A stretch of DNA of 50,000 nt from Deltaproteobacteria bacterium (GTDB lineage: Bacteria > Myxococcota_A > UBA796 > GCA-2862545), in assembly GCA_038123735.1 (NCBI GenBank), contig JAYPAP010000010.1, positions 1 through 50,000 of the forward strand, given 5' to 3'. Positions 35,232 through 42,257 of the stretch are shown here, piece by piece. The notes beneath the pieces are model-generated. The model made no database searches and was not told where the DNA came from. It saw only the letters and a program-made list of their open reading frames with translations. Each line of letters starts with the position of its first letter. The first letter of the stretch is position 1. The position numbers were made by a program, and so were the translations under genes.

Positions 35232-36965
35232 ATGGCGCGCCAGTCTTTAGCCATGAGTGCGAGTGCAGTGAGCGAGCGTGGTGAGGGCTTGGGCCATCTC
35301 GATGCTGCGGTTGAGGCGGTGGCAGCGGAGAAGACCAACTTTGCACGCCTATCTGTGAGTTCTAAGGTTTCCCTACTGCAGTCCTGTCTTTCCCGAGTTC
35401 CGGTGCATGCTGAGTCGTGGGTGCGTGGGCTCTGTGAGCTCAAAGGGCTGGATCCGACGTCCCGCGAGAGCTCGGAGGAGTGGTGGAGTCCCTATCATGT
35501 GGCCCGCCACATTCAGCTATTGATCCAGAGCCTTGAGCAAATCGCGAAGGAAGGTCGACCGCAATTTGGTGCGGGTCCTTCGAGGGTGACGTTCGATAGG
35601 CTGCATGTGCCTGTAGTACCGGTAGACCTTGCGGATCGTCTGCTTCTCAACCTCGTCTATGGCGTCCGTGCAGATATCGTGTTTCAGCCAGGGATCTCCA
35701 AGGAAGAGGCTCGGGATCGGCAGGCAGCGTTCTACCAAGAATCAGACCCAGAAGGAGCGGTCTCGCTGGTTCTGGGTGCAGGAAACGTGTCGTCCATTCC
35801 GGCGATGGATGTGCTTACCTGCATGTTCAATGAGGGCCGCGTATGTGTTCTCAAGATGAATCCCGTCAACGAGTGTTGTGGGCCGGCATTGGAAGGGGTT
35901 TTTCAGCCACTCATTGAGCGGGGCTTCCTCAAAATTGTGTACGGTGGAGCCAAGGCGGGGGCCCATCTGGTGAACCATGCCTTGGTGGATGAGATTCACA
36001 TCACGGGCTCGGAGCATACCCACGACCGCATCGTGTGGGGAGATGATCCAGCAGCCGCGAAAGAAGCGAATACCCCACGGATTACCAAGCGTATTCAATC
36101 AGAGCTCGGGAACGTGACCCCGATGGTCGTCGTGCCGGCCAACTACTCGCGAGCAGAGCTTGCCGCCCAAGCTCAGAACGTGGCGATGATGATGGTAAAC
36201 AACGCCTCGTTCAACTGTATCGCTGGAAAAATGCTGGTCCTCGCGAAGGACTGGCCGCAGCGCGAGGCATTCCTCGATGCCGTCCGCGAGGCTCTGAACG
36301 GTCAACAAAACCGCAAAGCCTACTACCCAGGCGCGGAGTCGCGGTATGTGACGCTTACCGACGGTCGATCGATTCAGACCCTCGGCAAGCCGGTGGATGG
36401 TGCACTACCGTGGACATTGATCACGGACCTTGATCCTGCGGAACCGTCTGACCCGCTGTTCCAGACGGAGCCCTTCTGCAGCATTCTTTCGGTGGTCTCT
36501 CTCTCCGGAACTGGGCCAGTAGAGTTCATGAAGGTCGCCACGGACTTTTGTAACGAGACCCTGTGGGGGCAGCTCGGCGCGACGGTGATTGCACCCCCTT
36601 CGATCATGCGCGATTCCACGGCGGGTCCGGTATTTGAGCAGATGCTCATCGACCTGCGCTATGGCGCGGTGGCGGTAAATGGGTGGTCTGCCCTGAACTA
36701 CTCGATGGGCACCACGCCATGGGGGGCGTTCCCCGGAAATACCCTGAAGGATGTGGGTAGCGGCATTGGATTCGTCCACAATTCCTTCATGTTTGACGGG
36801 ATCGAGAAGAGCATCTCCAGATGTTCGATCGTTCCGATGCGGACTCCACCCTGGCTCAATCAGCACAAGCATCCGCAAGAGACCGCGCGGCGCATGATGC
36901 ATTTTGCGGTGGATCGGTCACTGGGGAGCTTCCTTGGAGCATCTCTCTCGGGGCTGACCGGTTGA
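35232..36965 (+). CDS. aldehyde dehydrogenase family protein
   Basis: LGAGNVSS, ELGNVTPMVVVP (ELGG-like) and NNASFNCIAGK (catalytic Cys context) are present. GGAGG lies 5 nt upstream of ATG 35232. Confidence 0.85.
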   Translation: MARQSLAMSASAVSERGEGLGHLDAAVEAVAAEKTNFARLSVSSKVSLLQSCLSRVPVHAESWVRGLCELKGLDPTSRESSEEWWSPYHVARHIQLLIQSLEQIAKEGRPQFGAGPSRVTFDRLHVPVVPVDLADRLLLNLVYGVRADIVFQPGISKEEARDRQAAFYQESDPEGAVSLVLGAGNVSSIPAMDVLTCMFNEGRVCVLKMNPVNECCGPALEGVFQPLIERGFLKIVYGGAKAGAHLVNHALVDEIHITGSEHTHDRIVWGDDPAAAKEANTPRITKRIQSELGNVTPMVVVPANYSRAELAAQAQNVAMMMVNNASFNCIAGKMLVLAKDWPQREAFLDAVREALNGQQNRKAYYPGAESRYVTLTDGRSIQTLGKPVDGALPWTLITDLDPAEPSDPLFQTEPFCSILSVVSLSGTGPVEFMKVATDFCNETLWGQLGATVIAPPSIMRDSTAGPVFEQMLIDLRYGAVAVNGWSALNYSMGTTPWGAFPGNTLKDVGSGIGFVHNSFMFDGIEKSISRCSIVPMRTPPWLNQHKHPQETARRMMHFAVDRSLGSFLGASLSGLTG

Positions 36966-36969
36966 GAAC

Positions 36970-37338
36970 CTACTCCTCGCCAACTTCGTTGGTATAGAGG
37001 AACTTGCCGAATAGCCTTCGATTTCGCGCCAGTACGAAGTAACCAGCATCGGCCATCCACTTCATCGGAGGATGCCAGAACAGCGCGGGCAGAACACGCC
37101 AGCCACAGCGATGCTGTACGAAGAGAGCAGCCTGAGCGCCGCGATAGATCTCGCCAGACGGTCCAAGAACGTAGAGGGCGCGCTCCGCGTCCGTCCGAAG
37201 GGAGGCTGTAATACGAGGATCCGTGGAGGTCTGGGATGCCTCAAATATCAGTTCTTTCGATTGGTCGTGCAGCTTGGCCCAAGCTGCCCATCGGCGTCAC
37301 AAGCCTCACAATCCGTCGAAGAGGACGAGATACGTCAT
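36970..37338 (-). CDS. DCC-family (DUF393) thiol-disulfide oxidoreductase with two in-frame TGA at the DxxCxxC cysteines; putative UxxU selenoprotein (alternatively a pseudogene)
   Basis: This was hand-translated and is not in the ORF track. The translation is ATG(37338)-MTYLVLFDGL-TGA-GL-TGA-RRWAAWAKLHDQSKELIFEASQTSTDPRITASLRTDAERALYVLGPSGEIYRGAQAALFVQHRCGWRVLPALFWHPPMKWMADAGYFVLARNRRLFGKFLYTNEVGEE-TAG(36972-36970). The start overlaps the asparaginase stop (ATGA). The TGA codons are at 37308-37306 and 37299-37297. Family hallmarks (vLFDG.C..C, YRG..A, Y.l.ARNR..FG) run across the full length. Confidence 0.6.
37258..37293 (-). promoter_or_regulatory. SECIS-like mRNA hairpin immediately downstream of the two in-frame UGA codons
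   Basis: The RNA is CGAUGG-GCAGCUU-GGGCC-AAGCUGC-ACGA-CCAAUCG. It has a perfect 7-bp upper stem, a G-rich apical loop, and a lower helix with one bulge. The upper stem begins 9 nt after the second UGA. Confidence 0.4.
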
Positions 37339-38402
37339 CGAGGACTCCGTGCTTCGGTAAGTTCGCCGCGAATCGACTTTGGAATCAGCTCCTTGACCTC
37401 ATCTCGGCTGAGCTCCTGGGATAAGAGCCAGGACAGCTTGATCAGCGCGGCCTCGGGTGTCATGTCTCTCCCGCCGATCACTCCTGCCTCGGATAACGAG
37501 TTGCCAGCTGCATAATCGCTGGTGACGGTGCCACGATGGCACTGGGTGCAGTTCACGAGAACCACCCCCCGGTCGCTTGCTTCGCGAAGCACCCGTAGAA
37601 AATCAGGGTTGTTGTCTGGTGCGTTGCCCGACCCATAGGTCTCGAGAACGACCCCCTCCAGGGGGGGCTGGAGGATCCGGTCAAGCACTTGAGCGGACAG
37701 CCCAGGGTAAAGCCTGATAGATACCACATTAGATTCGGTGATGGGGCGGACGCCGAACGGACCATGGGGGGCGTCGCGCACGATGCTCCAGTCCACCTCG
37801 ATCGAGACGCCAACGCGAGCCAGGGGGCGCAAGTTACCGGCGTGGAACGCATCCAGACTACTCGCATCTACCTTTTGAACCCGATTTCCTCGCCAGAGCG
37901 ACTCATGAAAGTACAGTCCAACTTCTGGGATATCGAACTGACCGGCAATCAGGATCGCACCGAGGAGGTTCTCGACGGCATCATTGCGCAGCTGGGTAAG
38001 CGGGATCTGACTACCGGTGAGAACAACGGGTTTTCCAAGGTTCTCAAGCATGAAGGATAATGCCGCTGCGGTATACGCCATGGTGTCTGTGCCATGGATG
38101 ACGACAAAGCCGTCGTAGGTGTCGTAGTTTTCCTCAACCGCTCGGGCGATCCGAATCCAGTCAGTACGCGCCATATTCGATGAGTCCAGCAGCGGAGGAG
38201 ACTCGAGGACGTCGTAGCGGATCTGCTCTACGGAAGCTGCAGACGGAAGAGTGTGGAGGGGTTGTGCGGGGTCGTGAAAGGATGGAAGTCGGGCGAGATG
38301 CTCGGCCAAAAAGCCGCCGACAGGGGCATAGCCGCGCTCGGTTCGCTGCATTCCGATCGTTCCGCCGGTATATACGAGCAGGATATGACGCACGCGGGAC
38401 AA
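37335..38402 (-). CDS. ansA: type I L-asparaginase
   Basis: ILLVYTGGTIGM and VVIHGTDTMAYTAAALSF are present, with a C-terminal domain resembling cytoplasmic asparaginase I. The start is TTG 38402 or GTG 38393; GGAGG is spaced better for the GTG. Confidence 0.93.
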   Translation of the reverse strand: MSRVRHILLVYTGGTIGMQRTERGYAPVGGFLAEHLARLPSFHDPAQPLHTLPSAASVEQIRYDVLESPPLLDSSNMARTDWIRIARAVEENYDTYDGFVVIHGTDTMAYTAAALSFMLENLGKPVVLTGSQIPLTQLRNDAVENLLGAILIAGQFDIPEVGLYFHESLWRGNRVQKVDASSLDAFHAGNLRPLARVGVSIEVDWSIVRDAPHGPFGVRPITESNVVSIRLYPGLSAQVLDRILQPPLEGVVLETYGSGNAPDNNPDFLRVLREASDRGVVLVNCTQCHRGTVTSDYAAGNSLSEAGVIGGRDMTPEAALIKLSWLLSQELSRDEVKELIPKSIRGELTEARSPR

Positions 38403-38514
38403 GCCTCCGAAACTAGCCTATTGCAAGGTCGCCGATCGGCAAGGGCGCCGGACGTATCCTTGTCGTACCGGCGTGTCGTTTAGAGTACACTGCAATGACT
38501 TGGGAGGAGCACCA

Positions 38515-39000
38515 ATGATGTGGAAGTATGCATTGTTCATTCTGGCGTTAGGAGCATGTGGCGGCGGCGGGGGCGAGGAATCGGATGGCCCGACCATCAT
38601 CGGAGATGGGATCCGGCCGGTCCTCGAGAGCGCCGAATATGCATGCTTTGAAGATGCTAATGGCGGGAAGTTTTTCTACTTCCGCCTGAAAGGGCTGGAT
38701 GAGCAAGGTGCCAATACGATCGACATCAACGGTGGCCGAGTATTGTTCAACGATAGCTCAGGTACTCCCTTAGACTTCAATGGCGATGGTAGTCCGGATC
38801 CCGAGGCGATCCTGGAGCTCATCTGTGAGGCGGATACCGACCCGCGACGCTGCGAGGGGTCTCTGTTAGAAGGTCCTGTTTCTGGTCCATGTGCAGGCAC
38901 GACCTTGCAGTTCGAAGGCTGGATTGTCGACGAGGACGGTAACGAGTCCGATCACTCAATAGAGTTCGAGCGCAATCCTGGTATCGCGCCCGCCGGCTAG
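38515..39000 (+). CDS. small hypothetical lipoprotein
   Basis: MMWKYALFILALGACGGGGG is a lipobox followed by a Gly linker. RBS GGAGGAG lies 7 nt upstream. The stop overlaps the convergent halogenase stop (CTAG). Confidence 0.55.
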   Translation: MMWKYALFILALGACGGGGGEESDGPTIIGDGIRPVLESAEYACFEDANGGKFFYFRLKGLDEQGANTIDINGGRVLFNDSSGTPLDFNGDGSPDPEAILELICEADTDPRRCEGSLLEGPVSGPCAGTTLQFEGWIVDEDGNESDHSIEFERNPGIAPAG

Positions 39001-40487
39001 GGTATCGCCTGACCCCGAAGGAAGGCCTGCAGCATGGCCTCGTGGTGAAAACACTGTTCACTCGCCTGAGACAAGTGGTTCTGGTGCGCATGAAGGCGTT
39101 CTTGGTATCCCTCGTCCAGGCCGAAGTAGTTCCAGTAGTTCCGACATGACCGTTGGTCGAAGAGGTTGAGTCCAAGCGCGATGTACAACCAGGAGGTCGC
39201 CGGAAATGGAGCGGGGTCACCGGCAATTCTAGGGTCCTCTCCGAATGGCCATCGGTATCCATGTTCGAGAATCTCAGCGCTGACCGGTGGGGCGGTCGTG
39301 CGTTGCCGAAATGACTTCCAAAATGGCGAGTCGGTTCGGCCACCGCAGTAATGGATGTAGAGAAAGTCGATCGTGCGCTCCATGAGCGTCCGGTGGTACT
39401 CATTGAACTTTCGGCGAGCAAACCTATCATTTTGAGGGAGGTGAGACTTGAAGAACTCTTTGAGGAGCAAGATGCTCATCCAGATAGACGTCGCTTCCAA
39501 GGGCTCCAGAAATCCTGTCGAAACACCGATGCTAACTACTTTTTGTTTCCAGATTTCATCCAGGTAACCAGACTTAAATCTTAAAACGCGGTCGGTGAGA
39601 TCCGCTTCGGGGAAGTGTTGCTTGATGGTGTTTCGGGCGTCCTCATCGCTGGCAAACTGAGAGTCGAACACGTAGCCGCAGCCAAACCTGTCTTCGACCG
39701 GTATTTTCCAGGCCCAGCCGGACTCGAGAGCGATCGCATCCGTCTGCGGAAGCCGCGGGCCATCGAGGGGTAAAGAAAATGGGATCGCGGAATCGACCGG
39801 CAGTGTATTTCCGCGGTCTATCCATTTCGATCCCAGAAACTCTCCGATCAGGAGGCGCCGGAATCCCGTACAATCGAAGAACAGCTCTCCTCCGAGGCTG
39901 GAGCCATTGTCAAGGATAATCCTGTCTACTTGACCGCTTGGATTGGGGAGCACGCCTTGTACGATCGCATCGATCCTTTGTACGCCGCGCTCCATTGCCT
40001 TTCGGCGCAAGAAGTCGGCGAGTCGGTGGGCATCAAAGTGTGCAGCATACGCACCATGTCGACGAGGTAGGTGTTCGTCATTGCCCTGGGGCGGGGACAG
40101 AACCGTCCGACCGTTGCGCGTCGCGAGTCCGGAGAAGGTGAGCTCTGAGATAGGGCGCGGCTGTTCCGGATGAACTATTGGAAGCTCGATTACCGGGTAT
40201 ACGTAGTCAAAGAATGGGTGGAAGTACTCCGAGCCATCGCCCGTCCAGTTGCGGAAGTTGATGCCGTTCTTGAAGGTAGCCCCGGCTTCGCGAACCAGCT
40301 CGGCCATCGGTATTCCGCAAAGGTCGAGGAAGTCAGAGACAAAGTGTGGCGTCGTTCCTTCTCCGGACCCGAGTATCCCAATGCTTGAACTCTCGACCAG
40401 AGTGATGGCTGCATTGGGCAGAAATGCGCGGGCGCTCAATGCAGTGAGCCACCCTGCTGTTCCCCCTCCGACAATGACGATCGACAC
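38997..40487 (-). CDS. flavin-dependent halogenase family protein (tryptophan halogenase-like, PF04820-type)
   Basis: VSIVIVGGGTAGWLTAL is the GxGxxG motif, and GWAWKIPVEDRFGCGYVF is the WxWxIP signature. GTG 40487 has AGGAG 8 nt upstream. The track start at 40640 overlaps the upstream gene. Confidence 0.85.
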   Translation of the reverse strand: MSIVIVGGGTAGWLTALSARAFLPNAAITLVESSSIGILGSGEGTTPHFVSDFLDLCGIPMAELVREAGATFKNGINFRNWTGDGSEYFHPFFDYVYPVIELPIVHPEQPRPISELTFSGLATRNGRTVLSPPQGNDEHLPRRHGAYAAHFDAHRLADFLRRKAMERGVQRIDAIVQGVLPNPSGQVDRIILDNGSSLGGELFFDCTGFRRLLIGEFLGSKWIDRGNTLPVDSAIPFSLPLDGPRLPQTDAIALESGWAWKIPVEDRFGCGYVFDSQFASDEDARNTIKQHFPEADLTDRVLRFKSGYLDEIWKQKVVSIGVSTGFLEPLEATSIWMSILLLKEFFKSHLPQNDRFARRKFNEYHRTLMERTIDFLYIHYCGGRTDSPFWKSFRQRTTAPPVSAEILEHGYRWPFGEDPRIAGDPAPFPATSWLYIALGLNLFDQRSCRNYWNYFGLDEGYQERLHAHQNHLSQASEQCFHHEAMLQAFLRGQAIP

Positions 40488-40551
40488 CGCTTCGCTCCTC
40501 GCTTGACCCGCTCTACTATACAGGCCAAACGCCCACTGCGCACTGCACGTG

Positions 40552-41175
40552 CTAGGCGAGTTGGTCCGCGGGCTGCGCGGCCGCCTCCGGCACAGCGTAT
40601 GCGCTCGAATAGTTGGTGACTTCCGCGGCGAGGGCCTCAATCTCTTGAAGGTGGGCCTTCATAGCGCCCAGGATCTGCACTTGTAACCGATCGAGTTTCG
40701 TATATTCGAAGCTCCTGAGGTCCATATCGATCGCTGCTGTAGCCGTGAGGACGGAATCACCGAAACTTTGGATGATCAAGGTCTGGGCCAAAAGAAGCTC
40801 ATCACTTTGGTATTCAGGTTGTCCCCCAGTTTCAGCGGAGAATGGACGCGTGCTTAGGGCCTCGGAGAGCTCCCAAACCTCGTCTGCGAGGTCGGATGCT
40901 CGGGCAGCGACCAGGTGGCGGTCGTTCTCAAGCTGATGCACCCTGCGCCCGATCAATGCACCGGCGACAGCGCCGATGATGGGCGTACACGCGGTGGCGA
41001 CCAATGCGACGGTGGGAGTGGTAAAGAGGCTCCAGGAGGTGGCGCCGTTGAGCCATTCGCCCCCAAACGCGAGGAAGGGAATGCTCAGCCCAGTGGTGAG
41101 CCCGGCCAGCACACCCTGACCGAGCCGCCGGATTTCGGCGTGAAATGGCTGGTTTTCAAGTTCGGGTCTGCTCAT
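40552..41175 (-). CDS. hypothetical membrane protein
   Basis: The ATG 41175 start (MSRPELENQPF) avoids overlap with the FKBP gene. Two or three hydrophobic segments are present (GVLAGLTTGLSIPFLAF, TVALVATACTPIIGAVAGALIG), followed by a helical C-terminus. Confidence 0.5.
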   Translation of the reverse strand: MSRPELENQPFHAEIRRLGQGVLAGLTTGLSIPFLAFGGEWLNGATSWSLFTTPTVALVATACTPIIGAVAGALIGRRVHQLENDRHLVAARASDLADEVWELSEALSTRPFSAETGGQPEYQSDELLLAQTLIIQSFGDSVLTATAAIDMDLRSFEYTKLDRLQVQILGAMKAHLQEIEALAAEVTNYSSAYAVPEAAAQPADQLA

Positions 41176-41252
41176 GATCCACCATGCCCTCAGTGAAGGT
41201 GCTCTTGGTGGCTCTTCGATCCGTCGGAAAATTTCGTTGAGCGATTTTTTCT

Positions 41253-42068
41253 TTACGTTCCGGTATCCAGCAGCTCCACCTGAAAGATGAGGTCTGCATG
41301 TGGCGGAATAGAGCCGGCTCCAGAGGCCCCATATGCGAGATATGCGGGTATGCGCAGGACGCGGGTTCCGCCTACTCTCATCCCGCGGAGTCCTTTGTCC
41401 CAACCCAGGATGACCTGGCCAGCGCCGAGGGTGAACACGAAGGGCTCGGACCGATCAAATGAAGAGTCAAACTTGGTTGCTGTCTCTACGACCCATCCGG
41501 TGTACTCCACGGTGATGGCCTGGCCCTTCCGGGCTTCGGCCCCTTGTCCGACAACCAGGTCAGCAACTTCAAGGCCATTTTTTCGCATCGTGAAGTCAGT
41601 GACATCGGGTGGGGTCGTGGGCGCGACTCGCGCGGTTTGAGCAGGCTTACTCGGTTGTGGTTGGGAGCGACCAAAGACGACGATTTTCGCCTTGAGTTCA
41701 GTGGTGCCGCCGCCCGATAATTCAGCTGGGATGTGTACAAGTCTCACGAGACCGGCTTTTGCATCCACCAATGCGCGCTCAAGGCCGGGAATCAGTGCGT
41801 TGGCACCGAGGATGACTCCGAGAGGCTCACTAGGGCTACCGATGAGCACGGGCGCATCCCGGTCCGGGCTCCACAGCTCGATCGCGACCAGTATGGCGTC
41901 TCCAGGGGCGAACGCCACCCCTTCGCCGGGACTGATATCCGACCATTTGAGGCCATCTTCGAGGTCTTGCCATTCGGCGCTGGCGAACTCCTCGGGAGCG
42001 GCTGTCGCGGGGACGGTAAGACCCACCGCAGCGAGTACCGATGCACAATGTATCCAACGCAGTACCAT
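41253..42068 (-). CDS. secreted FKBP-type peptidyl-prolyl cis-trans isomerase (degenerate N-terminal plus canonical C-terminal FKBP domain)
   Basis: Signal peptide MVLRWIHCASVLAAVGLTVPATAAP. The C-terminus is ITVEYTGW...KFDSS.DR..PF.F.LG.GQVI.GWD.GL.GM.VGG.R.L.IP..LAYG, typical of FKBP. RBS GAGAGGGG. Confidence 0.9.
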   Translation of the reverse strand: MVLRWIHCASVLAAVGLTVPATAAPEEFASAEWQDLEDGLKWSDISPGEGVAFAPGDAILVAIELWSPDRDAPVLIGSPSEPLGVILGANALIPGLERALVDAKAGLVRLVHIPAELSGGGTTELKAKIVVFGRSQPQPSKPAQTARVAPTTPPDVTDFTMRKNGLEVADLVVGQGAEARKGQAITVEYTGWVVETATKFDSSFDRSEPFVFTLGAGQVILGWDKGLRGMRVGGTRVLRIPAYLAYGASGAGSIPPHADLIFQVELLDTGT

Positions 42069-42257
42069 GTCCCCTCTCTCTTCCGCGCATAAGCGAGTTG
42101 TGGCTGTAGCACCCCAGCGTTTTGTTTCCTCCGTCAAAAATCATAAAACCCGTCGTTCGATTCGTGGCCCCTGAGCAGTTGCCAAAATTTGTCCGGGGAA
42201 GCCGAATACAACGCGCCGGAATGCTGTGACAGCGCTACTCCATGATGCGGAGCCCAT

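Noticed and set aside
37297-37308. The two in-frame TGA codons as evidence for a reassigned genetic code (TGA = Trp or Gly)
   Set aside because: TGA terminates several well-supported genes here at family-typical lengths. Examples are the ABC ATPase at 3560-3562, the permease at 4783-4785, the CoiA-like gene at 1117-1119 and the DUF1292-like gene at 12236-12238. TGA is therefore a stop in this organism.
36860-37515. Track ORFs 36860-37060(-), 37062-37244(-), 37072-37515(+) and 37236-37424(+) in the gap between the aldehyde dehydrogenase and the asparaginase
   Set aside because: They have no family resemblance and an Arg/Pro/Ser-rich composition typical of off-frame GC-rich translation. The third minus-strand frame gives a full-length DCC-family match once the two TGA codons are read through, which explains the region better.
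38819-39430. 203-aa minus-strand ORF
   Set aside because: It is an alternate frame overlapping the halogenase 3' end and the convergent lipoprotein. No motifs.
42138-42257. Canonical LexA boxes upstream of recN (CTGT-N8-ACAG, or a Myxococcus-type box ending GTTCAG)
   Set aside because: Neither pattern is present. Only the short GCTGTGACAGC palindrome was found, and it is reported separately at low interest.
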